NCBI GenBank assembly: GCA_963796455.1
Contig: CAWCLO010000001.1
Location: forward strand, 896,001 to 960,000
Direction: 5' to 3'
Length of the DNA: 64,000 nt
Origin: Candidatus Sulfomarinibacteraceae bacterium
GTDB lineage: Bacteria; Acidobacteriota; Thermoanaerobaculia; Thermoanaerobaculales; Sulfomarinibacteraceae
The notes under the pieces are model-generated. The model saw only the letters and a list, made by a program, of their open reading frames with translations, was not told the origin of the DNA and made no database searches. A program made the position numbers and the translations under genes. Of the stretch, positions 45,378 to 55,147 are shown piece after piece; the first letter of the stretch is position 1; each line of letters begins with the position of its first letter.

Positions 45378-48300
45378 TCACCACTCCGGAACAGTCGCCC
45401 ATCCCGGGAACGGTCCAACCTCGATCTTCCAGCCGGTGGAGGACTCGGGGTCGCGGACCGCGCGGAGGTTGGTGAGGGTCTTGAGTTTGGCGATGAGCTC
45501 GTCGTGCGGCAGCGTATGCAACGGCGGTTTGTCTAAATCCGGCATCGGCCAGATGCGCACGGTCGTGTCGGAACCGGCCGAAGCGACCCACCGCAGATCG
45601 GGCGAAACGGCAACGCATTCGACCGCGCCTTCATGGCCCGCAAGCAGGTGCGGCTCACCGCCGCCAATGCGACCGACGCGGACGACGCCGTCGGCATCAC
45701 CCGTAACCGCAACGGCCCCCATCGGATCGAGAGCGACCACCCTGACGCAGTCGCCGAAAGATGGCAGCGCCTCGGTCGTTCCAGCTTCCAGATCGAAGAG
45801 CACCGGAGTCGCACAGATGTCCAGCTCAAGGCCCCCCCCGAGGCTCTCGACCATCAGCACCTTCAGTCCGTCGGCGCTTACCGCCGCTGTCCTGTAGCCG
45901 ACAGTTTCCAGCTCGACGGCCTCTTCGCTCGATCCGTCCTTCAGGTCCCATTTGAGGAACTTCGAAGCCCCAATCGTGAACAGGGTGTCCTCGTCGGTGA
46001 ACCAGAGGTTTTGCACGTTATCCTCGTAGACGGCCGAGGCCATCTCGGCCGACTCATCGGCGGAGTACCTGCTCATTTCAGACCTCGGCAGATCGAAGGC
46101 CCTCGCCTCTCCCGTTTCCAGATCCCACACCCGAAGCGTGTGCTCCTCGACGCCGATACCGGAGGCTGCTGCGACGAGGCGTCCACTCGGCGAGAACGCT
46201 GCCGCCTCGATCAATGTCTCGTTCGGAAAACCTTCCAGCCTTCGCGGCTCTCCGCCGTCCATCGGCACGACCACGAGGCGACCAGGTCGTCCTCCCGTCA
46301 CGTGCTCACCGGACGGGTCGAACACCGGGTTGGAGAGGATGTAATGCCTGGCCAGCTTCGGTGTCTCCGCCTGGTCGGCCTCCGAAAGCGGAAAGAGCCT
46401 GGCTCTTCCCGGCGGCCAGATCGTCGCCAGCCACCGGCCGTCGGGGCTGAAAGCCAGACCCTTCCGATACGAGGACGCGCCCTCGACGACGCTGGGATAG
46501 GTTTTGCGCAACGGCCAGAAGGTCGTTCCGGAACTGCCGCCGCCCGCAGTGGCGACCGCCCAATCGGATTTCGGATGCACGGCGAGTTGCGCGAACTGCC
46601 ACGAACCGCTCCGCCGCAGCTCGAGCGGCTGCGTTCCCGGCGGGGCCGAAAGATCCCACAACAGCCCCTTGCCGATCTCGCTTGCAGACTCGGGGTAGAT
46701 CCAACGACCCGTACGATCAAGGAGGAGACCAATATCGTCCGGCGCTCCTTCGGGTCTGGGAATCACCCGCAGCGGCCCGGCCCCGGGCGCTGCGAGCGAC
46801 CACACTCGAAGCGCTCCTTCGTCGTCGCGGGACATGAAGCGGCCGCCGTTCAATGTGTGATGACTCAACACTCTGGCACGATTTGCGTCGTGAACACCGA
46901 CGACAAGGTCGTTGCCTCTTTCGACCATGGGTAACGAGCTGGTGAAGATCGTGTCACCCGTGGCGTAGATCCAGGCGTCTCCCGACGGGTCAAAGAGAGA
47001 CGTGAAAGGTCGCAGCTCCTCCCAGTCGATCCTCCGGCCGAGATCCTCAGGCTCGCCTTCCGGCAGCCTCCAGGATCTCAGCAATATGTCCCATCTCCGC
47101 GTCGGGTGGCTCAGAAAGGTCTCCGTGAGGAGGCGATACCCCTCGACCTGCCAGTAGGTCGGCCCTCCGAACTCGATCGTCCGAAGGAGCCGTTCTTCCG
47201 GAATGGACCAGATGAAAACCCGCTCGGCATTAGCAGTCCGGAAGTGGACTCCCGTTGCCAGGAGCTTCTGCGAGATCCATTGGGCTCCCCACCCCTTGAC
47301 CGCACGCCTCCCGGGGGGGTCGAGAACGAGAGGTCCATCACCCGTATCCCACCAGACTGCCGCCACGTCTCTGAAGCCCATCAAGGCAATCGCGCTTCCG
47401 TCGGGGCTGAATCGTGGGAAGACCGCCGGTGCTCCACGGGAATCAAGGACAAGGACCGGCGGCGCCTCCCAGAGGGCTCTCATCACGAAGGACCGTGCCG
47501 CAGGAGAATCGGCCAGATTGAGGCTCGCCATGGTGTAGGCGAGCGCTTCAGTCGGATCTGTTGGGAGCTGGGCCTGGGCCAACGCAACGAGCTTGCTGGC
47601 CTCGGCACGCCTGGACTCTGAGACCGCTTGCTGGCGGGACAGGCCAACCACGACGAGAAACGCCAGCAGAACGGCGAATGCGGCGGCGACCCCGATCCGT
47701 CGGCGACGTTTTCTCCGCCTGGCGTGCGAAAACATCGCCCGGGAGTACTCTTCTTCGAGCTCGCTCAACCCGCCGGGGTACCGTTCCCGCCACGAAGCGA
47801 ACTCGCGAAAGGCGGCGCCACTCCACAACCGGTCGCGGTGACGTCCATGCTCGTCCCAGGAACGTGCCGTCTGCCTCAGCTCATCTCTCATGCGTGCCGA
47901 GTCGGCGTCCTGGGTCTGCCATCCGATGAGCCGCGGCCAGTTGGTGAGCAGCGATTCGTGGATGATCTCGATGCGCCTCGTCGATTCATCTTCTTCTTCA
48001 CGAAGCTCGTAGGTTGTGAGCAGCCGTGCATCGGTCAATTCACGTAATACCTCCTCGGGCGACTCGCGTTGCGAATCGCTGAATACAGACAACAGTTCGT
48101 CCCACTCGCGCACGGCGCGTGTGCCCTCGGCGGTGACCAGGTTGCGGAAAAGCTCGCGGACCACGCCCTGGCGACCCCTTCCGATCCGCTCCAAAACTGC
48201 CTCGGCGTGGTGGGCCAGCGCACCCGCGACCCCGCCGATGTCACCATATGCCTCCCGTGTCAGCATCTTGCGCTCGCGATCGCGCGTCTCCCACAACCGC

Positions 48301-49457
48301 GCGACGGCAAATGCGAGGAGCGGCAACGCGCCGCGCTCTCCCTCCACGGCCTCCAACATCTCATCCACAAGGCCGTCATCCTCGAATGCGTAGCCGAACC
48401 GTGCCGCCGGTTGCTCGAGGGCGCGACGCAGGTCCTCGCGGGCCGGCACCTTGACGGGGGTGAGGGAATCGAAGATCGGCTCGAGTTCCTCGTGGTCGTG
48501 ACATCTGAAGAGAAAGTCATCTCTCAAGCCCAGCAAAACGTGGACGTCCGCCTTCCGCGCGAGATGGCCGATCAATCCCGCAAATCGCGCCTGGACTTCA
48601 GGTGGGTTGAGTGTAAGGAGTTCTTCGAATTGATCAACGATCAAAAGTGCCTGCCCGTGCAGCTGCCGCCACCGCGCCACCAGGGTGGCCGCGGTGTCGG
48701 CGTCACGGACACCCACCAGCCCTTCCACAGCCTCCCGATCACCCTCGAACTCGGGCAGGAGCGCCCGCGCGAGCCCCGCGAGTGGATCGTCACCGGGATG
48801 GCAGACGACCACCCCCCAACCGTCGGGGGCTGCGGGCACCAGACCCGCCCTCAAGAATGAGCTCTTGCCGACGCCCGACGGGCCAATCACGGCCAGCAGA
48901 CGCCGGGAGGTGATCTTGCGCCACAACTGTGTTACCTCGGCCTCGCGGCCGAAGAAGATCTCGGCGTCGGCCTCGGTGAAGGCGGCAAGCCCGGGGTAGG
49001 GGTTGAGGCTCTCTTCTCCCAACCGAGCAGGGAAATGAGCGATTGTCGCCCTGGTCGGGGGGTTCATCTCCATCGGCGCGATCAGCCGGTAGCCTTTGCG
49101 GTGGATGGTCTCGATGTAACGCGGCTGTTTGGCGTCGTCGCCGAAAGTTCGACGCAGCTCGGCGACCGCCCGGGTGAGGGTCTTTTCGGTGATGAACTCG
49201 GTCGCCCACACGGTGTCGGTGATCTCCCGGCGGGTCACCAGCTCTCCGGCTCTCCCCGCCAGACACACCAGCACATCCATCATCTTGAGCTCGATCTGGA
49301 TCGACTCCTCGCCCCGGGTCAGGCGGTTGAGGCGCGGATCCACCCGCCAGTCGCCGAGCCGAAACGAGGCATCCGCCAACTCGTGATGCTCAGTTGTCGT
49401 GGTCACCTTGAGATGAATATGGGTCGCGGTTCCTTCGAATGCCAGAAAGTTGGGCAT
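45378..49457 (-). CDS. OmpR/CadC-type winged helix + nSTAND1-like NTPase + TM helix + WD40 propeller protein
   Basis: F.LGDW.VDP...IETIHRKGYRLIA; NPYPGLAAF..FFGRE; GPSGVGKSS; VDQFEEL; LPLL; IIHESLL..W; RRRKRRRR then a TM; repeated FSPDG/GH..WD motifs; start uncertain. Confidence 0.88.
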   Translation of the reverse strand: MPNFLAFEGTATHIHLKVTTTTEHHELADASFRLGDWRVDPRLNRLTRGEESIQIELKMMDVLVCLAGRAGELVTRREITDTVWATEFITEKTLTRAVAELRRTFGDDAKQPRYIETIHRKGYRLIAPMEMNPPTRATIAHFPARLGEESLNPYPGLAAFTEADAEIFFGREAEVTQLWRKITSRRLLAVIGPSGVGKSSFLRAGLVPAAPDGWGVVVCHPGDDPLAGLARALLPEFEGDREAVEGLVGVRDADTAATLVARWRQLHGQALLIVDQFEELLTLNPPEVQARFAGLIGHLARKADVHVLLGLRDDFLFRCHDHEELEPIFDSLTPVKVPAREDLRRALEQPAARFGYAFEDDGLVDEMLEAVEGERGALPLLAFAVARLWETRDRERKMLTREAYGDIGGVAGALAHHAEAVLERIGRGRQGVVRELFRNLVTAEGTRAVREWDELLSVFSDSQRESPEEVLRELTDARLLTTYELREEEDESTRRIEIIHESLLTNWPRLIGWQTQDADSARMRDELRQTARSWDEHGRHRDRLWSGAAFREFASWRERYPGGLSELEEEYSRAMFSHARRRKRRRRIGVAAAFAVLLAFLVVVGLSRQQAVSESRRAEASKLVALAQAQLPTDPTEALAYTMASLNLADSPAARSFVMRALWEAPPVLVLDSRGAPAVFPRFSPDGSAIALMGFRDVAAVWWDTGDGPLVLDPPGRRAVKGWGAQWISQKLLATGVHFRTANAERVFIWSIPEERLLRTIEFGGPTYWQVEGYRLLTETFLSHPTRRWDILLRSWRLPEGEPEDLGRRIDWEELRPFTSLFDPSGDAWIYATGDTIFTSSLPMVERGNDLVVGVHDANRARVLSHHTLNGGRFMSRDDEGALRVWSLAAPGAGPLRVIPRPEGAPDDIGLLLDRTGRWIYPESASEIGKGLLWDLSAPPGTQPLELRRSGSWQFAQLAVHPKSDWAVATAGGGSSGTTFWPLRKTYPSVVEGASSYRKGLAFSPDGRWLATIWPPGRARLFPLSEADQAETPKLARHYILSNPVFDPSGEHVTGGRPGRLVVVPMDGGEPRRLEGFPNETLIEAAAFSPSGRLVAAASGIGVEEHTLRVWDLETGEARAFDLPRSEMSRYSADESAEMASAVYEDNVQNLWFTDEDTLFTIGASKFLKWDLKDGSSEEAVELETVGYRTAAVSADGLKVLMVESLGGGLELDICATPVLFDLEAGTTEALPSFGDCVRVVALDPMGAVAVTGDADGVVRVGRIGGGEPHLLAGHEGAVECVAVSPDLRWVASAGSDTTVRIWPMPDLDKPPLHTLPHDELIAKLKTLTNLRAVRDPESSTGWKIEVGPFPGWATVPEW

Positions 49458-49511
49458 TGAGTTGTGGGTTCCACCTAGCCTCCCCTAATGCCTCTCGGGT
49501 TGGCGGGTGGC

Positions 49512-49551
49512 AAATCCGAAATTCGAAATCCGAAATCCGAAATCCGAACTC
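49512..49551 (+). repeat. Heptamer array (GAAATCC)n, ~5 units
   Basis: aaatccgaaattcgaaatccgaaatccgaaatccgaactc. Confidence 0.88.
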
Positions 49552-49555
49552 GCAG

Positions 49556-50125
49556 TCACAGGCCGCAATGTTTCATGACCATCTGGTTGATGAGCGTGGA
49601 GGTCATGCCGTCTGGATCCAGGGGGTACTCGCTGAGGCCAGCGTGGTGGAGCGCCTCGTGGACGATCACCATCGCCGCCTGCGTATCGGACAGCCGCGAG
49701 AACTCCCGGCACACCCAGATCGGTCCACCGCCGACGAGGGTGTAGGCGGAGCTGCCGCGGCACACGCCACCTTGCGCCTGCGCGCGTCCGATCGGAATAA
49801 AGATGACCCGGGCGAGGGCATCCATCCCGTCGGAGCCGAGCTCGGCGAAGAGCCCACGGCACTCCGGGACCTCTTGGACCCGTTCGAGGGCCACGTCGAA
49901 CGCATCAGAGATTTTGCGCCGGTTCTTGACCGACACTTCCGAGCTGATCGTGGGTTTGCAGATCGTTGGAGTTCCGCCGTCCACGGAGACTGCTCCAAGG
50001 GCGGTAGTCGCCGCGGCGGCGACGACCGCGGGTGAGGCACCCGACTCGACGGCGTCGGACGCCCACGCGGATGGAATCATTGTTGCCAGAACAGCGCCAC
50101 AGAAAAGGACCAACCTCGCCGCCAT
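49556..50125 (-). CDS. Small secreted protein with HExxH zincin-like motif
   Basis: GGAGG SD, signal peptide, IVHEALHHAGL, several Cys. Confidence 0.72.
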   Translation of the reverse strand: MAARLVLFCGAVLATMIPSAWASDAVESGASPAVVAAAATTALGAVSVDGGTPTICKPTISSEVSVKNRRKISDAFDVALERVQEVPECRGLFAELGSDGMDALARVIFIPIGRAQAQGGVCRGSSAYTLVGGGPIWVCREFSRLSDTQAAMVIVHEALHHAGLSEYPLDPDGMTSTLINQMVMKHCGL

Positions 50126-50535
50126 CAGGACCTCCCCGGGGCGACGCGGTTTACCGATTCGTCGGTTGGCGATTCCGCCGACGTTGTCCGGTGTATGTGT
50201 GTGCCGCCCCATGGGTTCACGTTCGGGCGTGGGAGGCGGAAAGTAGTTAGGCGAAGGCGAGAGAGAGGATAGGGATTGGTGAGGGCCTGGCCGTTTTCAG
50301 ACAACCTGTTTATTTATTTACATTTAGAAAACCTGTGAAGAGCCGGTCCGGGATCCTGACAGCACACAATGTGGACGGCGATTGCTCGCTTGCTCAATCG
50401 ATATCGATTGCCCTTCCTGTTTTGAGTTCATAAAGATTTTTGGCACCAGTTTGTTGCGTTTTCATTCCCAGGGCACCACCTTTCCAGATAGAAACAACAG
50501 AGCACATTGCGCGAGACGAGGGGGGATCGGCGGTC

Positions 50536-53451
50536 ATGAGACGACTCATCGCCATCTTCATTGGCAGTACCCTGCTCTGCTCCATTGCAGTCGCCCAGCA
50601 AACGCAGACGGGATCCATTTCGGGGACAGTGACGCTGCAAGACGGCGAACGGCTACCAGGGGTCATCGTGCAGGCCACCGCGGACATCCTGCCGAAGTCG
50701 CGGGCAACCGTGGCGGGCGCCAACGGGGAGTACAGGGTCCCGGCGTTGCCTCCCGGCAATTACGAGCTGACCTTCAGCCTGCACGGATTCGCCACCGAGA
50801 AGCGGAGCTTTCGGGTCCACCTCCAGCACAACGCCGTGATCAATGTCGAGATGAAGACGGCCCGGTTCGAGGAGGAGATCTTCATCATCGCCGAGACCCC
50901 GACCATCGACACCACCTCATCGGAGATCAAGGCCTCGATCTCCGACGACGTCATCAAGATGCTGCCGGTGGGACAGCAATACCGGGACCTGGTGAAGCTT
51001 ATTCCAGGCGTCCAGTACACCGAGGACACGACTCGCGGCCCCAGTGCCGGCGGCAGCGGCCAGGACAACGCCTACGAGTTCGATGGAGTGAGCGTGAACA
51101 AACCGCTCTTCGGAACCCTCTCGGCCCAACCCTCCTCGCACGACATCGAGGAGGTGACCGTCGTCAAGGGGGGCGCGAACGCCATCGGCTTCAACCGCAC
51201 CGGAGGTTTCCTGATCAACACCGTGAGCAAGTCCGGCAGCAACCAGTTCCGGGGTGAGCTGAGCTACCAGTTCCAGACCGACGGCATGACCGGCGCTCTC
51301 GACACCGAGAGCGAGGCCGCCTTCGACGAGGACCAGGACTGGCTGGTGGCCAACCTGGGAGGACCGCTGATCCCCGAGATGATGTACTTTTTCGTATCCT
51401 ACTACCGCCCCTCTACATCTCTGATGAATCGCTCCAACGCCTACGGAGAGGTACCGGACTCCGAGAGCATCCGGGACGAGTACTTCGCCAAGTTGTCCTT
51501 CAATCCCACCGACTCCATCATGCTGCACGGCAGCTATCGCCATTCCGAAAGAGACAATTCCGGATATGGCGTCTCGTGGGAGTACACGGCGGGCTCCTGC
51601 TCCTACGGGCAAGACGCCACTATGGGGATCACGGTCATCGAGGGGACCTGGGTCGTCAACGACAGAAGCTACCTCTCAATCAAATACTCCAATTTTAACG
51701 ACAGGTACATGGAGCGTCCGGACCTCCTCTTCGATTTCCCAATCGCCATCGACGGCAGCGTGCGTCTCGACGTGGAAAACCTCAACCAGCAAGGTCGGCT
51801 CTCCGTGCCGACACCGAGGGAGGGGGAGGGCGACTACAACGCGTTCATCGCCCCGCTCATCGAAAGGTACGGCTTTCTCCAGGACGGCATTCCCAGGGGC
51901 GGTGGCAATGTCGGCGGCGACTCCATCCTCTACAACCAGGATTTCTCCAATGAGAGCTTCCAGGCAGGGTATGACTTCATCCTTGACAAACACGACTTCC
52001 ACATCGGTTACCGGTGGTCTCTCGGTACGGAGGAAATCAACTCGACCTCGAACGGCTGGGGTCGGATCACCGTCCCCGGCGGTCGCCTGGTAACCGACGA
52101 CGGGGTACCGATTTTTTACCAGGCGCGCTTCTATGAGGCGAGCCTGGTGGACGAGGATGGACAGGTGATTCCCCCAATCCACTCCGAGATCGAGTCCCAG
52201 AGCATCGAGCTCAACGACGTCATCAGGCTGAAGGAGTGGACCATCAACCTGGGCATCATCTTTTCGAGCGACAAGCTCTACGGCCAGGGGCTGGGACCCA
52301 ACAGCAACAACGTCTCCGGTTTCGAGCTCGCCCCGGGTCACAAGTATCTGATGAAGGAGATCGGCTTCGACGAGATGATCCAGCCTCGGCTGGGTGCGAC
52401 GTGGAGTTCCAACGGCAAGGATTCCCTGTACGGGGCCTACGCCCGCTACTATCCGGCCGCGACCTCCCTGCCGCAGGCGGCATCCTGGGCACGAAACCTC
52501 AACAAAAGCATCCGGGCTTATTTCGACGCCGAGGGTAACCTCGTCAGTATTGACCGCCAGACTGGGGCCGCCTCCGGGAAGTGGTTTCAGGAGGGCATCA
52601 CGCCACGGTTCATCGACGAGTTTGTGGTCGGTTACGACAAGCAGATCTCGCGCACATGGACGGGTCGCATCCACGCCCGGCACCGCAAGGCCAAGAATTT
52701 CTGGGAGGACACGGAAAACGACGCCCGCCTGCTCTACGATCCGCCCGAGGAAATACCGCAGGAGCTCTACGTGCCCAACCTGGACGAGATCCAGGCTGAA
52801 ATCGGTGGCGGAAACTACGTCATCGCCCAGCTCGACGGCGCCTACACCAAGTACTACGAAATCAGCACCGAGGCCGAGTGGCGCGGCGCCAACGCCTATT
52901 TCCGCGGCTCCTACGTCTGGAGCCACTACTACGGCAATTTCGACCAGGACAACAGCACGGTATGGAACGACAACGACATCTACATTGGATCTTCGTTCAT
53001 CGCCGACGGCGGGGGCCGGCAGCTGTGGAACTTCCGCGAGGGCGACCTGCGCGGCGACCGGCGCCACATGCTCAAGCTCTACGGCTTCTACCAGCTTCCC
53101 TGGAACGGCACCATTGGCGCCTACGGCATCTACCAGTCGGGCCAGCCGTGGGAGGCCTGGGACTGGACGATCTATAGTGAGTACACCCCAGACACGAACG
53201 ACGTGAGTCACTACGCCGAACCTGCGGGCTCCCGCAGGACCGAGGCCCACTACCAGCTCGATCTCGCGTACACCCAGAACATCCCGTTCGGCAATCGGTT
53301 CAACTTCCGGGTTCGTGGTGAGGTATTCAACGTGACGGACAATCAGACGGGCTATGACATCCAAAACAGGAGGAATGGCGCAGGCTTCGGCGAGCCGAGG
53401 TCCTACTTCAAGCCCCGTCGTTTCCAAATAACGGTCGCTTTCCAGTTCTGA
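50536..53451 (+). CDS. Oar-like TonB-dependent receptor (intact paralogue of 5062-7951)
   Basis: Signal peptide, GSISGTV..carboxypeptidase-like domain, plug, C-terminal ...VAFQF. Confidence 0.9.
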   Translation: MRRLIAIFIGSTLLCSIAVAQQTQTGSISGTVTLQDGERLPGVIVQATADILPKSRATVAGANGEYRVPALPPGNYELTFSLHGFATEKRSFRVHLQHNAVINVEMKTARFEEEIFIIAETPTIDTTSSEIKASISDDVIKMLPVGQQYRDLVKLIPGVQYTEDTTRGPSAGGSGQDNAYEFDGVSVNKPLFGTLSAQPSSHDIEEVTVVKGGANAIGFNRTGGFLINTVSKSGSNQFRGELSYQFQTDGMTGALDTESEAAFDEDQDWLVANLGGPLIPEMMYFFVSYYRPSTSLMNRSNAYGEVPDSESIRDEYFAKLSFNPTDSIMLHGSYRHSERDNSGYGVSWEYTAGSCSYGQDATMGITVIEGTWVVNDRSYLSIKYSNFNDRYMERPDLLFDFPIAIDGSVRLDVENLNQQGRLSVPTPREGEGDYNAFIAPLIERYGFLQDGIPRGGGNVGGDSILYNQDFSNESFQAGYDFILDKHDFHIGYRWSLGTEEINSTSNGWGRITVPGGRLVTDDGVPIFYQARFYEASLVDEDGQVIPPIHSEIESQSIELNDVIRLKEWTINLGIIFSSDKLYGQGLGPNSNNVSGFELAPGHKYLMKEIGFDEMIQPRLGATWSSNGKDSLYGAYARYYPAATSLPQAASWARNLNKSIRAYFDAEGNLVSIDRQTGAASGKWFQEGITPRFIDEFVVGYDKQISRTWTGRIHARHRKAKNFWEDTENDARLLYDPPEEIPQELYVPNLDEIQAEIGGGNYVIAQLDGAYTKYYEISTEAEWRGANAYFRGSYVWSHYYGNFDQDNSTVWNDNDIYIGSSFIADGGGRQLWNFREGDLRGDRRHMLKLYGFYQLPWNGTIGAYGIYQSGQPWEAWDWTIYSEYTPDTNDVSHYAEPAGSRRTEAHYQLDLAYTQNIPFGNRFNFRVRGEVFNVTDNQTGYDIQNRRNGAGFGEPRSYFKPRRFQITVAFQF

Positions 53452-53544
53452 AAACGGCTGGCGGTATGTGTGCCGCCTTTGCGCGTTCAATGAGGCTTCA
53501 ACGGACAAAGGCAGGGCATGCCCCGCCACAACATTGGCGATCCG

Positions 53545-53581
53545 AAAAAAAAACGCCCGCCCTTCAAATCACGGGCGGGCG
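53545..53581 (-). terminator. Intrinsic terminator for the sulfatase-like gene
   Basis: Minus strand CGCCCGCCC-loop-GGGCGGGCG-T9. Confidence 0.82.
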
Positions 53582-53600
53582 GGAATTCCAAATCCGAATT

Positions 53601-54929
53601 CTATTGGATATACCCGAGGCTCTTTAGCTGCTTCAGGGTCTCCTCGTCGAGATCTTCTTCGGATCGGAGATTCGGATCGAGAGATGTGGCCGCGACCATC
53701 TTCTCCCACGCCTGGAGATGGCGGACCATTACGCCGAGCTTGTCGGCCTCGGTCTCGGCGAGATCATCGAGTTGCAATGGGTCGGCAATGAGGTCATAGA
53801 TACCGGCGTTCTCGCCTGCGGATTCGCTGAGAAGCCCCATTCCACCAAGAGCCACAAAACGTTGACCACCGGCCTGCGGCGATTCGGCAAAGGCGATGTA
53901 TGGCGGAGTACCGGAACCGTTGATGATCGGCAGCAGACTCGAACCCTGGGTGCCGCCAGGCGCCTGTCCGCCGGCAAGCTCGAGGAGGGTCGGCATCAGA
54001 TCGACAACCTCGGTGACCTTGGAAATGACCTTGGCGCCCTCGCCGCCCGGTAGGCGGATGAGGACCGGCACGTGGGTGACCGCGGTATCGAGGGTTTCAC
54101 CAAACAGACCGGCGTGCTCCTGAAGGGCGAAACCGTTGCTGCCGAGGACAACGAGCACGGCCCGCTGGTCGAGACCGAGTTCCCTGAAGGTGGCCATGAA
54201 CCCGACGAGCAACGAGTCGATGACCTGGATCCGGGCGGCGTACCACGAACTCACCCACTCGAGTTCCTCGTCGGTGAAGGAAAGCGGCGTATCGCCCGCT
54301 CTCGAGGCCATGACCTCTTGCACCCGCCCGCTCATCTCCGGGGCGCCATCACCCTCGAGGAGGGCGTTGACCTTTTCCAGCGCCGGTCTCGACCACCCAC
54401 CGAAGACGAGAAGGAAATTCTCGTTGGAGTGGTCGGCCATCCATGAAATGGCCTCGTCACCCGGTGTTGCGGTGATCTGGTAGCTATCGAATCCCTGCGC
54501 CAGGCCACGATCGCTGTCGGCTGGCGAGCCTTCCATAAAAGCAGCCGTCGAATAGCCCGCGGCACCCAGTATCTCGGCCAGGGTTCGCGCCCCATCTGCG
54601 AGGTATTCACCTGGTTGGCGGAGACCGTTGGCAGTCGGATAGAGGCCGCTGAAGAGGGTGGCGAGAGAGGGTTGGATATGGGGCGCCTGGGCAAAGGCCC
54701 ATTCAAATCGAATGGACTCGGCTGCCAATGCATCAAAGACCGGCGTCCTGGCGACCGCGCCATAGGCGCCGAGCGCATCCGCCCTCAGACCGTCGATGGC
54801 GAGAATGACGATTGGACGAGGACCTGTGATCACGCCTTCCCGTGCGGCGTCGTGATCACTTCTGACGCAAGAACCGAGCACGACGAAAGACACAGCGGCA
54901 ACCGCAAAAACACCGAGCGTACGTTTCAT
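53601..54929 (-). CDS. Sulfatase-like lipoprotein with degenerate active site
   Basis: LGSC lipobox; IDGLRAD, TP.FD.LA, PS..TLFSG.YP, VDLMPT, QLKSLGYI. Confidence 0.82.
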   Translation of the reverse strand: MKRTLGVFAVAAVSFVVLGSCVRSDHDAAREGVITGPRPIVILAIDGLRADALGAYGAVARTPVFDALAAESIRFEWAFAQAPHIQPSLATLFSGLYPTANGLRQPGEYLADGARTLAEILGAAGYSTAAFMEGSPADSDRGLAQGFDSYQITATPGDEAISWMADHSNENFLLVFGGWSRPALEKVNALLEGDGAPEMSGRVQEVMASRAGDTPLSFTDEELEWVSSWYAARIQVIDSLLVGFMATFRELGLDQRAVLVVLGSNGFALQEHAGLFGETLDTAVTHVPVLIRLPGGEGAKVISKVTEVVDLMPTLLELAGGQAPGGTQGSSLLPIINGSGTPPYIAFAESPQAGGQRFVALGGMGLLSESAGENAGIYDLIADPLQLDDLAETEADKLGVMVRHLQAWEKMVAATSLDPNLRSEEDLDEETLKQLKSLGYIQ

Positions 54930-54968
54930 GATTTCGACACCCTCCTGCCGACCTTGGAGTTTATCACG

Positions 54969-55096
54969 AGGGAAAGAGAGAAAGGGAGAAAGGGAGAAAG
55001 GGGGAATCGCGAGAGCCCACCGATCCCGCATACCCAATTCCTCATTCCTCATTCCTCATTCCTCATTCCGAACTCCGAACTCCGAACTCCGAACTC
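54969..55096. repeat. (GGGAGAAA)n at 54969-55006, then (CTCATTC)4 fused to (CGAACTC)4 at 55036-55096
   Basis: Direct reading. Confidence 0.9.
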
Positions 55097-55147
55097 AAAA
55101 TGCGCTACCATACCGCCGGTCCGCTACACCCGATTTTGGAGTCCATC

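Noticed and set aside
51676..53529. Long antisense ORFs (617 aa here; also 9478-10899, 14515-15888, 18259-19638, 26041-27402, 57706-59100)
   Set aside because: Typical stop-poor shadows of high-GC genes on the opposite strand, with no recognisable motifs.
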